A stretch of DNA of 64,000 nt from the NCBI RefSeq assembly GCF_006345805.1, contig NC_043002.1:55862001-55926000 (forward strand), written 5' to 3'. The notes beneath the pieces were generated by a model that was not told where the DNA came from, did not search any database, and was given only the letters and a program-made list of their open reading frames with translations. Origin of the DNA: Octopus sinensis. Taxonomy: Eukaryota. Positions within the stretch are counted from its first letter, which is position 1. Each line of letters starts with the position of its first letter. Below, piece after piece: positions 42,858 through 57,217 of the stretch. The position numbers were made by a program, and so were the translations under genes.

Positions 42858-44033
42858 CTCACCCCTAGCAACCGATAAAGAGCATCTCCACATGAATGCC
42901 CAATATGCAAGAAATAGCAGTCACATCTCCCTCAAATCCCATCTTAACACTTTTTCACTGGATTTCTGTTAAAATAAACTTTGTTTCAATTAACTTTGAA
43001 AATAGTAAAAAATTTACTAAAGCATGATTAATCATTGATTAATCTGGTGTTAGGAAGTTTAAAGGAAAGTTTTAATTAAGATCCCTTTAAAACAGAAAAT
43101 TTGCATCATAGAGTCAGTGGGGTGATCTGGGGTGGATTGGTATCAAAAAGGGTAAAAAAGGTTAAAAAAAAGTCACAGTGAATAATATGATCCTAAATTC
43201 GCTGCATATAGACAGGATAGCCATTGATGGATTGCCTAGGATTATTGGCCTTCTATCACCATCACAATACTGCCACCACCACTACCACCACCATCGTTAC
43301 TCTATACCAACCATCCTTTCTGTAACAACAGAATCCTCAAAAGACCCAAACCATTCCTTGTCCCCACCAGGGTCCCAAATACCATTATTTCCACCTAACA
43401 TCACTGGTTCCTGTTGTTCACATCTTCTCTGCCATCATCACTGGTGGTCAGAAATATCTTTATTATTTCATAAGAGAAATCATTGGCAGAACTGTTAGCA
43501 AACCAGACAAAATGCTTTCTAGCATTTCTTCCAGCTCTCCATGTTCCAAGTTCAAATCCCACAAAGGTTGCCTTTGGGGTCTCTCATTTTTTATGTTTTA
43601 CTTGTTTCATTTAGACTGTGGCCATGCTGGAGAACCATCTGAAGACTTTTTTTAGTTGAACGAATCGAACCGTACTTTTTCTTTTATGCCCGGTACTTAT
43701 TCTATTGGTCTCTTTTACCAAACTGCTAAGTTATGGGGATGTAAACACACCAACACCAGTTGTCAGACAGTGGTAGAAGACAAAGACAGACAGACACACA
43801 CATACACACGACGGGCTTCCTTCAGCTTGGGTCTAGCAAATCCACTCACAAGGCTTTGGTCATCCCAGGATTATAGTAGAAGAAAACACTTGCTCAAGGG
43901 GTCACACAGCGGAACTGAACTCAGGACTATGCTGTGGAAAAGCAAACTCCTTACCACACAGCCCTGCCTCTGGGGTTAATGTCATCAACTAAACACTTCT
44001 CCAAAATTTCAGGCCCCTTGTCTCTACATGAGA

Positions 44034-44072
<39 letters not shown>

Positions 44073-44292
44073 CATCATCATTATCAAGGCAGTGAGCTGG
44101 CAGAATTGTTAGCATGTTGAACAAAAATGCTTAGCAGCATTTCTTCCAACTCTTTACATTCTGAGTTCAAATCTCATTGAGGTTGACTTTACCTTTCACC
44201 TTTTCGGGGTCAATAAAATAAGGTCCCAGTCATTTACTACACCTCCTATCCAAATTTATATCCATGTGCCTGATAGGACACATTACATAGTA

Positions 44293-44324
<32 letters not shown>

Positions 44325-47300
44325 TAGTGCTATAGTAGAGGTTGCAGAAGTAGTAGGAGTAACAGAAGTGGTGGTAGTAGTCATTTTAGTGGTAGTAGTA
44401 GAAGTGGTGGTGGTGGTGGTGGTGGTGAAAGTACAACTAGGTGCTGGGCATGGAGGGGGTTGAGGTGAGGCCCTAAAGGGTGGGGCAGGTCAAAGCTGAT
44501 AAATGATGAGTAAGAAACCACCACCCCTCTCACCGCCACTACTACTGGTCTCCTGCCATTTCTTCCTGTCTTTAATGGGATGATGAAGTACCAGTGTAGG
44601 GTTCAAACAGCCCCTTGGCCCACTCTCACCTTGAAGTTCAAGTGCTTATGTTGCAGTACACACACACACACACATATCTATTGTGTACATATATATATGC
44701 CTGGCTATGAGCGCTCGCACACACACACACACACACACAGTGTCAATAGGCACTGACACAAACACATTAGAACTTGCATGTGCATATATGAGTATGTCTA
44801 ATTATGCATCTACACACATATACGCACTACACACACACGTACATAAACACATACATACACTCATGCATACATACACTCATGCATACATACACACACGGAT
44901 CTATTGTGTACATATATGAATATGCCTGGCTATGCGTACACACATGTGCACACACACACATACATACACACATGTGCACACAGTGTCAATAGACACTAAC
45001 ACATACACACACACAGTGTCAATAGGCACTCACACACACACACACACACACAGTGTCAGTAGGCACTGACACATACACATTAGAACTTGCATGTGCACAT
45101 ATGAATATGTCTAGTTATGCATATACACACACATGCAAAGTGAATTAAAGCACCCTTAAGGAACACGTGCACGCTTATCTTAGATTTATAAGTCATCCAA
45201 GTAGTATCCACCACCACCACCACTACCATCACATCATGATCAACAACAGTTTCTAAGTCACATGACCTGAATTTTGAGAGGAGGGGCAAAAGACGATACT
45301 GTCACACCAGTATTTGACTGGAATTTTTTTTTTTAATCAACCCTCAAAATATAAAAAGCAAAGTCGACCTCAGCAGGATTTGAACTCAGAACATGAAATA
45401 CCGGAACAAATACCACTCTAAAGATTCTACTGGAAGGAGATTACAGAGACTAATTAAATAGAATGTTATCCTTTTTCTTCTATCTTTTACTTGTTTCAGC
45501 CGTTAGGCTGTGGCCATGCTGGAGCACTGTCTTGAAGAATTTTTAGTTGAATGAATCAACCCAAGGACTTAAGCCTGCAACTTATTGGAGACGTAAACAC
45601 ACCAAAACCAATTGTCAACTGGGATTGGATTCAAACACAGACGCAAAGAGATTCACACACATACACATGATGGGGGCTTCTTTTAGTTTCCGTCTACCAA
45701 ATCCATTCACAAATCGTTGGTCAGCCCAAAGACACTTGCCCCTGCCTCTACCCTTCCAGGTGCCACACACAATGGGTCTGAACCAGGAACCATGTGGTTG
45801 GGAGGCAAACTTCTTACACACACCCATGCCTACACCTTACATTCTGTATTTTATTCACAATAATGAAAAAAAATTGTTTAACTTTGGTGCAACCTGAGGA
45901 GAGATATAATTGATTGAATCACTTATAGGATGTGACAAGGATGAATGAAGGGCCAAGAAAGTTAACTGTGGATGGATTTGAACTCAAATACATGATATCC
46001 ATGGCAATGTCTCTATTTGCTCTAACTCTTTAGCATTCAGATTCGTCCATCAAATGTAACGCTTATTTATTCACCTTGCAGCTTTGAGATCTCAATGATG
46101 TGATTGTTTATTTTTAGAATGACATTGTAGGGTTTGTGTGAGAGGCTGGAGCTGGCCAGTTTGAACATAAATCAGGGAACGTTATTTCGTTTAAAATGCT
46201 AAATGGCTAGATTACAAGTACAAACTAGTGGAATGAACTATTTCCTTTACAATGAACGTCACTCATTCGTCCTTTCACAGGCCTCTGTTGTGTCTCGTTG
46301 ACATTTTCACGTCCTTCTTTGAACTCCTTGTATATGCCACTTTATAATGTAGGTTTATAACAAGGTTATAAGAATTCAAATATAAATCAGACACAACACG
46401 TAACAAACAATATTTCTTCTTGATGACTTCTGCGACTGTTTTCACAAAGTGCCTGCACACATCGCACTGCCCCTCACAAACAGTGCACATGTACCTTAAT
46501 GCAGTTTAGGACAGTTGACTTGCTATCCCACAGGGGTGTCAGGATTTCACCACAACAGCTTCTATGTAGTCACTTGGCCTCCTAGAAATAACACCTAAAC
46601 CATCCTTATATTAAACTATACTGTTTTACAAAAACAGTCACATAAGGCAGTTCTAGATGGACTGTGCTTTAAAATAAAAAGAGGACAAGATGCTTTCAGC
46701 TAGGATGTCTTGAGTTGTCCTGGGGTTAAAACAGCCCTTTGCTTGTAGGGATAGATATTTTTCCCTCCAACTTATTGTTCACTCCTTCATAATTAAAACT
46801 ATCAAAGGGTTTGTTTAAATGGAAGAATCTAAAGTTCACCATTTTTATCCTTCAAAATCTTCCCTATTGTCACCACTAAACAAACAAGTGCCAGCGTCTT
46901 CTTAAAATAAAACAGGTTTATAATATTCCTTAAAATTAAATAAGTTTGTGTGACATAAGGAGACATTTAATTCAGACATTTTAAGACGAAATATTTTTTC
47001 AAAGAAATGCAGTGAACTGTGCTGGAATGCAGTGAATGAAATTTCACAAAATCTCTCAAAATATTTCTCATTTCTTCAAACAGGGTTGCTGCTTAAAATA
47101 TCTCATTTAACAACTCTTTGCATCACACAAAAATCTTATTTAACAAATTCATTTTCACCTTTTTTTTCCTCCCTTTGTTTTGCTACTTTACTATTCTTAC
47201 CGAAGGCAGGTGGTGAGTGTGAACACATGACCATTGCCATAGCTGAATATTTAACAAGTTTGTTTAGCATACATGAAGTACAAGGTTCAGTCTCACTGCA

Positions 47301-47739
47301 TAACACTTTGGACAAATATCTCCTTCTAAAATATTACCAGGTCAAGCTCAATGTCAGTGAAATTAGGGTGGTTGGAATGCAGCCAATCGGCTTGTCAGAT
47401 CCCAGTGAAGTGTCCAGCTGAAGCCAATATGAAATACAGACATTAAATGATGATGAGGATGATATATAATCATGGCTGTCCACTCGTGACAAAGGATGAC
47501 CATCACTGACCACAGCTCAGCAATGCCAGTGCATGAGGTTATTGTACCTGTAGTTGGCGCTATACCTGGATTTATGCCTTCCATGCTTGCCATTGCACCC
47601 TCCTACTCACCTGGGCATTGGAAAGTCACTTTACTGGCTTACTGCACAACCTAGAATCTTAGGCCCAACAAGGCTTGCACAGAATCTCACAGACCTTCTT
47701 CACCCTATTGACAAATTTCTATTTCTATTTCTTATTTTA

Positions 47740-47792
<53 letters not shown>

Positions 47793-48921
47793 TAATATAT
47801 ATATATATATACACACGTGTGTGTATATGATAGATCGTTAGCTCCTACATGCATTTTTTTTCTCTCCTTGACTTGTTCTATTTCTATTCCTGAGCTCTAT
47901 ACTAATACATTTGTTTGTTTGTACTCCACCTGCACTCGGCTTTTGTTTATTTTCGTAAACCTCCCCCCCCCGTTATATATATATATCACGTGATCGACCA
48001 GACCATCAGATGTTGTTACACATCGCTGGTCACAATGCGTTCGCATTGTTTTAGCCTTCGAATGATGCCACCCCGCTGGCTAAGCGAGCAGGCCAACAGA
48101 AGAAAGAGTGAAAGAAAGAGTGGTGAAAGAGTACAGCAGGGATCACCACCCCCTGCCGGACCATCATGGAGCTTTTAGGTGTTTTCGCACAATAAACACT
48201 CACAACGCCTGGTCTGGGAATCGAAACCGCGATCCTGCGATCGCGAGTCCGCTGCCCTAACCACAAGGCCATTGCGCCTCCACATATATATATATATATA
48301 TATATATACGTGTATGTTGGTTAATGTAGTCCTAGAAAACTAAAATAAAATGCAAGGTCTGATGATGATGATGATGGTTGAGTGACAGCAGAAAGATTGC
48401 CACTCAAGGCTTAAGGTTTATAAGGTTAGAATACTAATGGTCTTGGGAGGAGAGTGTGTGTGTGTGTGTAGGTGTATTTGTTTTACTAGAAAATGGCTCC
48501 ATACATTTCGGGGTGTATATTTATATATGATTAATATAAATGGTGTGAATGAGCAGACATTGTAGGCAATAAGTATTCAAACTATTAGAGAGAGAAAGAG
48601 AGAGAGAGAAAATGTGTTTGTGTGTCTTTCTCTCTCTCTCTCCTTTCTCTCTCTCACACTCTCTCATCTTTGTTGTTTTGTAGGAAAACTTCCTTCACAA
48701 GCCACACCTGGTGTAATTATTGTCTCTCATTACATCTATCACAACATTGTGAACTACAAACCCCAATCCTCTCCATTTAAAAAGCCACCATTAAGATGGA
48801 ACATTCCAGGCCTGTCCTATAAAGACATTTTCTACTTATTCATCCTCTTATCATTCCATATTTTCATTTTGCTTCATTTTTTTGTGTTTCAAAAATCTAA
48901 TTTACTCATTGCTGATATATA

Positions 48922-48956
<35 letters not shown>

Positions 48957-50076
48957 TCTTTTACTTTTTTACTTGTTGCAGTCATGTAACTGTGGTCATG
49001 CTGGAGCACCACCTTTAGTTGAGCAAATCCACCCCAGAGCTTATTCTTTGTAAGCCTAGAACTTATTATATCAGTCTCTTTTACCGAACTGCTAGGTTAC
49101 GGGGACATAAACAAACCAGCATGGGTGCTATTAGTGTGACACCAGTATCTACCACAACTGCGATTTTACAATATATGTATGTATGTATGTGTGTGTGTAT
49201 GTGTCTGTATACAGGGTGTGGTGACTATATTGTCATCTAAATCATGTAAAAATGAAAATAACACTGACATCACACTTGAACAGATATATTTACTAAAATT
49301 ACATAAAATATCTTGAAATACTAAAGGGTAAATTTATTCAATAAAGCCGTCATTGGTTTCAACCATGGCGTCTAGACAACTTTGGAATCTCCTGCAACTC
49401 TTCTGGACGGTCTCCTTGCTTCAGTTGGTGAATGCTGCCATAATCCTTGCCTTCAATTCATCTTTTGGTGTAAAGAGTTTTATTGGTCTCTTACTCAGCT
49501 GCATCCCACACATAACAATCAAGGGCATTGCAGTCTGGGGAGTTAGGTGGCCAGATGTTAGGGGTGGTGTGGTCGCAGAAATTGTCTGACAGCCGTGACT
49601 GGGTTCTCCTGCTTGTGTGGCATGGTGCTGAGTTCTGTTGCCAGACATAGGGTCTTCCAGCAGCCACCTGTTTAACCCAGGTCAACACTTCTTCCTCCAG
49701 GCATTTGATGTAGGCCTCCATGTTGAGTCTGAGGCTGTGTGGGAAGATGAATGGAGGCATAACATCACCATCACAAGTTATCACTCCAAACACCATGATG
49801 TTGACTGGATGTTTGATTTTTATCAATCTTGGTACATGTTTTGGGGACATGCAAACACTCACATTGGCACTTCTGGCATGAATGTCAAGCAGTACAGCAT
49901 GTTGTTTCCAAATTCTTGGCAGAGTGAATTGCATTATGGTACTGTTTTTCTCACAGATGGTGCCCAACTAACCCTACTATACTGTGTAGTCAACAAAATC
50001 AAAACAAAACAATGAGCAAGCGTGAAATTAAAAACATAAAATGACAACAATTTACCAATTGCACTCTGCATGTATG

Positions 50077-50123
<47 letters not shown>

Positions 50124-51252
50124 TCATCATCATCAATCATCATCATCATCATCATTTAACATCTGCATTCCATGTTGGTATGGGTTGGATGGTTTGACTG
50201 AGGACTGGCAAGCCAGAAGGCTGCACCAGGCCCAGTCTGATCTGGCAAAGTTTCTACAGCTGGATGCCCTTATTAATGCCAACCACTCTGAGAGTGTAGG
50301 GGGTGCTTTTACATGCCACCGGCATGAGGGCCAGTCAGGCAGTACTGGCAACGGCCATGCTCAAATGATCCTTTTTACGTGCCACCAGCACAGGAGCCAG
50401 TTAGGCAGCTCTGCCATTGACCACACACGAATGGTGCTTTTTATGTGCCAACAGCACCAGCTATACTCAAATGGTGATTTTTATGTGCCACTGGCATGGA
50501 TGCCAGTCAGGTGGCACTGGCATTGGTCATGACAATGATGTAATTTGACTCAACATATCTCCAAAGGTCTCGGTTACTTGTCATCGCTTCTGTGAGATAT
50601 GTGTGTGTATGTGTGTGTGTGTGTATGTGTGTGTGTATATCTATCCTATTTTAAAGTGATCTAAAAGCTTTCCATCAAAATTCTATGTTGACTTATGTTC
50701 CAAACACCAGCTTAATAATGACAAAATTATTTTACTAAATTCTTCATTAGATTCAAAATTAATTGAAACAAAGAAATTTCAGCAGAAAAATGTTAAAAAA
50801 AATATTGCCAAAGTCAATCTAAATTAAAACCTTTCAAAATCCATCTTAATTTAGGTTCCAAACACCAGCTTAGCATTGACAAAGTTATTTTACAAAATTC
50901 TATGAAACAAAGGCAGCCTATTTCAACACTAATCAGGATAACAAAAGGGTTCGATCATATTTGGTTAAACTAGGGTTTCAATTTTCACCATAGCCACATA
51001 TTCAACCAGTTTAATAAGCTGAATAAGCTGTTAAACTTGACACTCCAGTCAACTCTAACATACACATACACACACACACTTTTGTATTTAAAATAAAAGA
51101 AGAAAAATTCTTTCCTGGGACTGAAAGAGATATGCTTGGGTAGAGACTAACACCCAATTATGAATGCATTCACAAGTACAAAATAAACTATACAACCAAT
51201 TCAACTGGACACTTCTGCATACATCCTGTCCCCCATACAAATACTGAATGAG

Positions 51253-51293
<41 letters not shown>

Positions 51294-54200
51294 GCCAGCA
51301 GATGTACCAGCCCTGCATCATATACATAGACACATACTGACAACAGCAGCAGAGTTAACACACACACACACACCATGGCACACCTTGAAACTCAATGAGT
51401 CATGACGCTCAGATGAAACCCTATCCTAGAGAAAAAAAAAAAGAACAAGATGAGCTTTGCCAGAAGCTGGCAGTCAATGATGCAGACCACTAAACCTTTT
51501 GTTAATTCAAACAGCCTCAAAGACAACATGTGCAATGCATCAAAGCATATGCACCTACAAAACAGAGCATACATGCAACGGCAACTGCTGCAGCAATATC
51601 TAATGAAGAGTGATTCACTGAAAGAAAGACAGACAGACAGACAGATTCTGTTTAATTTGATAATAAACCCTTACCACCTCCACCACCCAGTTTCTAAAAT
51701 ATGTTCTGTTTAAAGTTTGAATAAAAATGGGGAGATAGTAAATAAAATACTTGAAACGTTCTCACCAATACACAAATAAAATGAGAGAAAGATGTGTGTG
51801 GTGGTGGTGGGTGGGGTGCAGGCATGGTTGTGTGGTAAGAAGTATGCTGCCCAACCACATGGTTCTGGGTTCAGTCCCATGACAACCAACATTTTTCTTT
51901 TTTTAAGTATGTTTGGAAGCTGAGTCAACAGAGAAGGGTTCCAAACTAAATGAAATCTCCAAATGGTTTCAATGCACAGCTCTCTGGTATCCAACTGGCT
52001 AAAATGTGTCAGCAGAAGGGAACCCAAAAGTCATGACCTAGATATGGCCCAGCCTCCTTAGAGTATAGGAAGTTAAAGGCTGAAACACTTGTCTGAGAGG
52101 GGGTGGGGTTCTCCCCTGAAGACCTTCTGCTGGTCAGCTCCCCAGAGAGTTTCCTACCACCAAGTCAGGGTCAAGCACTGAACATAATAGATTTATCTCC
52201 TCCCTTCAAAATTGCTGGCCTCAAACACAGTAAAGGATGGATGACCCCTTCAGTGGGAAATGTTATCTCATAGAAATCTCACTTAAATCTCATAGAAACC
52301 AGCTAACATTCATACATTCATTCAGTTCTCATTGTGCCATGTGGCACTTGAACTGACAGCAGAATCATTCCACCTTCCTACACTGAAAAGCATCCTTGAC
52401 AGCTTGCTCCATTGTTAACCTTCTGCTTTTAAGATCTTTTGTTATTGTTCTCCACCACATTTCCTTTGGACAGCGACATCTTTGTGGAACCTATTGCAAA
52501 GCAATCCTGACAACTGTGTTTGGTTTATAGCCATTTCCATCTCCTTGCTTCAGTAGTTTCTCTTATTAGTTTCCAATTACTATTTATAAATCTCACAATG
52601 AGAGATATTCAGCAACAGTACTTTGGAGTAAAGATTATTTGCCAACATAACATGGCAGTCCTGGTTTAGGATGAATGTTGCTGTAATTTAGCCCCAGGAG
52701 ACATCGTCTCCAGCTGGCTATACGACACGATCTGTGTCCTAAAATTTTCAAACACTCCAACTCAGCTCAAAACAATATCTGTGTATCGCGATTTCCAGGT
52801 TATGTTGGCAAATAATCTTTACTCTAGAATATTGTTGTGAGATTTATAAATAGTAATTTTCTAATTTATAAATCAGTGACTAGGTGTCACTTTGAAAATT
52901 ATATATTTTGAACAGGAATTTGGCAGCGCCACCTCTAGCCAAACAATTATTCTGTGCTGATGAAGGGAAATAACCCGGAAATACACAGATATTCTTTTGA
53001 GCTGAGTGGGGGTGCTAGATTACCTTATTTGAAAATATAAGGAGACTGATCGTGTTTTATAGCCAGCTGGAGACAATGTCTCCTAGGGCTAAATTACAGC
53101 AACATTCGTCTTAAACTAGGACTGCCATATTATGTTGACAAATAATCTTTACTCCATAGTGTTGGTCATGTTAAGAAAGCATTCTCTTTTAAAGACAGGG
53201 GTGAGTACATATTGGATTTGGTTTCATCCTTCAAGAGTTTGAATTTTAATGAAGATCAACTTTACCTTTTATCTCTTTAAGGGAGAATGGCAGTTGGCAA
53301 AATAAAGGCCAAGGAATACTGAAAATCCATCCTGCTGACTAGGATTGTCCCTTTCATTAACTGGCGCTATTAGTGTTAGAGAGGGCATCCAGCAGTAGAA
53401 ACTGTTCAAAAATGGAGCCTGATATAGCCCATAACTCACAAGATCCTGTCAAACTGTCCAACCCATGCCAGCATGGAAAATGGTTATTAAATGATGACGA
53501 TGACTGTAGTAATATCCTTTCCTCTACACAATTATTCTTTAGCAATGACCAATAATGTAATTATCGTTACATTTCGGTAATTGAAAATAAATAGATAAAA
53601 ATAAAACTCTACTAATTTAGGTTTTCTCAATGCAAGATAACAGGACACAGAACCAGATAAAGAGACAGATAGACAGTGTGACACGCACGCACACACACAT
53701 GCACACGCATGCACACATGCACACGCATTCACACACAGTGTCTGAGTTTTCCTTTTGTTTTTTTTGTTAACCTACATCTTTGACAATAGTATTCTCTTTA
53801 AAAATACATCAGTGAGAGGGGGGAGGAAGAGTGACAAGAGGTGGTGGCGGTGATGGCCATACAAAGAAATGTGCTGTTAATGAAGTGGGAGAGACCAGAG
53901 TTGTGGCAGTGGCAATACTTAAGATAATTACTGACCTAAACACACACACAGAGTGACACAGAAGGACACTCATACACAAGCATACACAGGCAAGCACACG
54001 GAGACATACACACATACACGCACTAACACACACCCACACATAGCTTGTATTTCTCATATCTACTTTCTTCCCCACCCCCACTCCACACACTGTGCCACAA
54101 ACAAGGCTGGGGAGGAGTTGGGGGTGGTTATATTTAGAAATGTGATAGATTTTATGGAAAAGCATGTTATATGCATGTGTGTGTGCGTGAGGATGGGCAT

Positions 54201-56004
54201 GTGAAGGTGGTCTGTGTATGTGTGTGTGAGCATGCGCAAGTGTGTAAGTGCTTGAGTGTGTGTATGTGCATGTGTAGGGTTTTTTAAAAAAATTTTTTTA
54301 CGTCTGTTTTTGCATGTCAGCATGGGTTAGACTTATTAATGCAGGTTCTCCACAACCAGCTGCTCTCCCACCATTCATTCCTTCAATCAAGATATCTTTA
54401 ACAGACTTCCAATTCCCATAATGAAACGTTACCTTACAAAAACACTGCATTTTATGCCTTCATCAATGTTACCATTGGTTACTATTGGAATGGCTTTAGA
54501 CTGACAGTTGCTGACTTGATCAAAGGTTTCTCTAACTGTCCAGCTCCAATGATAAAGCAACACGTCAAGAAATCACAGTTCCTTCCAAACACAAGACCAA
54601 CAGCAAATTGGTTTGTTATTACTTTTATTATTTATTATTGAGGCAGTGAGCTGACAAAGTTGTTAGTGGCATTTTGTCTGTCCTTAACTTCTGAGTTCAA
54701 ATTTTGCCAAAGCTGACTTTGCGTTTCAACCTTCCAGGGTCGATAAAAGAAGAAGCAAGTGAATTACCCCTCTCCCCAAATTCCAGGCCTTGTCCCAAAA
54801 TTTGAAAACATTATTACTCTGCATGTGTAAGCAAAAGCAGGGTATTGTAATCACTCGTCATCGTCTGTTTGTTTGCAAAATTACTGGAAAACGGCTGAAC
54901 GGATTTTCACCAAATTTGACAGAAATTCTCATTGGGTGAGTGGCTCGAACTCATTAAATTCTGGTTTGATTATCTTCAAAACTGGTGGACGGGTCAATCA
55001 AAATGTTTTTTTCTTTGTTACAGATGCATAAACGATAAGCAGGGGAAATAACTCTTGATGTCATTTCGTTGAAATATGAATTTGTCTGAGAATATATTTA
55101 CTAAATTAAATTTCATCCTTATGTGTATCGCTCCAGAGCCTTTTTTTCATTATTATTATTTAGGTGACAAGCTGAAGAAAGAAGTACCAGTGGTGCACTG
55201 GGCGGGTGAGATAAACAACTAGTCCCACCCACCTACCCAAAATTTTAGTTTTGTATCTATTAATAGAGAGGATTATTATCATTATCAATGTTTTCGTTGT
55301 TCTCATCTTAGATATTCACCATCATCATAATCACCATTCTAATCATCATCGTTTGATATTTATGTTTCCATTCCTACATAAGTCAAATGAAAGTCATTGA
55401 AGCAAAGTTATTCTGGAAGCCCTTCCTGTTGCTAACCTCTCACTTGTTCCCAAGTGGGGCAACAATCTCCCAGTCTGAGTAACAAACAGCACAGGCAGGT
55501 TTCATGCAGAGAAATGGAAACAAATGGCTCCATGTGAATGGGATTTATTTACAAATATCATGAGACATGTCATGTGGCCTGCACATGCTTTCACGACGGA
55601 CATATACATGGATAGATATAAATATATATGAGAGCAGTAGTAATGGAGATAAACGTAATATATGTCCATGCTGGCATGGGTTGGAGGGTTAAACCAGGGC
55701 TGGCAAGCTGGAAGGCTGCACCAGACTCCAGTCTAATTTGGCATGGTTTATATGACTGATGCCCTTCCTAACACCACCCACGCAGCATACAAAATACAGA
55801 AGACTGAAGAAAATACATAATTTCTTAACTTGACAGCTGTTTCAGGAAACTTTCAGGTATGTAATAATTGTAATAGTCATACTTAACAGATGGAATATGC
55901 AAGAAGTCTTGGGTATGCAACCAACAAACAGTCACATGCAGATATTACAATAAGTCCAGCTCACCTCATCAATAGAAAGTTAGCTCTCATCTATAAACTG
56001 TCTA

Positions 56005-56098
<94 letters not shown>

Positions 56099-57005
56099 TA
56101 CATACATATATATACATATACATCATCATCATATACATATATATATATGTATATATGTATATGATGATGATAATTATATATATATAAGTCTGTGTGGAAA
56201 GAGGTTGTATATATATCGAAATCAAACCAAATTCGACGACTGGCACCCATGCCAACTTTCCTGACACTAAACTCTGCTTACAGAGACCTGTTGGGGCAAG
56301 TGAAATCGAAATTGAACCAAATTCGATGACTAGCACCTGTGCCAGTGGAGCGCTAACAGCTCCATCTGAGCAGGATCACTGCCAGAGCAGCTAACTGGCT
56401 TCCGTGCCGATGGCACATAAAAAGGACCATTTGAGCGTGATCGTTACCAGTGTCACCTTACTGGCATGTGAACAAAACATTTGAGCGAGGTCGTTGCCAG
56501 TGCCACTGGACTGATTCCTGTGCAGGTGGCATATAAAAAACACCATTTGAGTGTGGCCGTTGCCAGCACCGCCTGACTGGCCCTCGTGCCGGTGGCATGT
56601 AAAAGCACCCACTATACTCTTGGAAAGGTTGGCATTAGGAAGGGCACCCAGCTGTAGAAACTCTGCCAGATCAAGATTGGAGCCATCTGGTTTGCCAGTC
56701 CTCAGTCAAATCATCGAACCCATACTAGCTTGGAAAGAGGATGTTAAATGATGATGATGATGATGATATATCTCAAAAATTATTAACAAGTTAGAAAAGA
56801 GAGAGATCTAATGGATACAAATTAATTTATTAATTAACATATTCACCTACAATTGTTTCATTTCACAAACAAGATTAAAATTACAAAACTTATATAAATA
56901 TATAATCTTGCATTTTAAATACCTTGTATGGAAAATCATCAGGCTGTACAAAGGACAATAAGGATTACACACACATACACACACACATATATATATATAT
57001 GTATG

Positions 57006-57036
<31 letters not shown>

Positions 57037-57091
57037 GTATGTGTATATACACATATATATATATATATATATATGTGTGTTGTATATATAC

Positions 57092-57123
<32 letters not shown>

Positions 57124-57176
57124 ATATATACATATATATATATATATGTGTGTGTATATATACATATATATATATA

Positions 57177-57217
<41 letters not shown>

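Noticed and set aside
52921-52940. CTCF-like motif (minus strand AGGTGGCGCTG)
   Set aside because: Only the 3' half matches, it lies inside a repeat, and a single motif is not evidence of binding.
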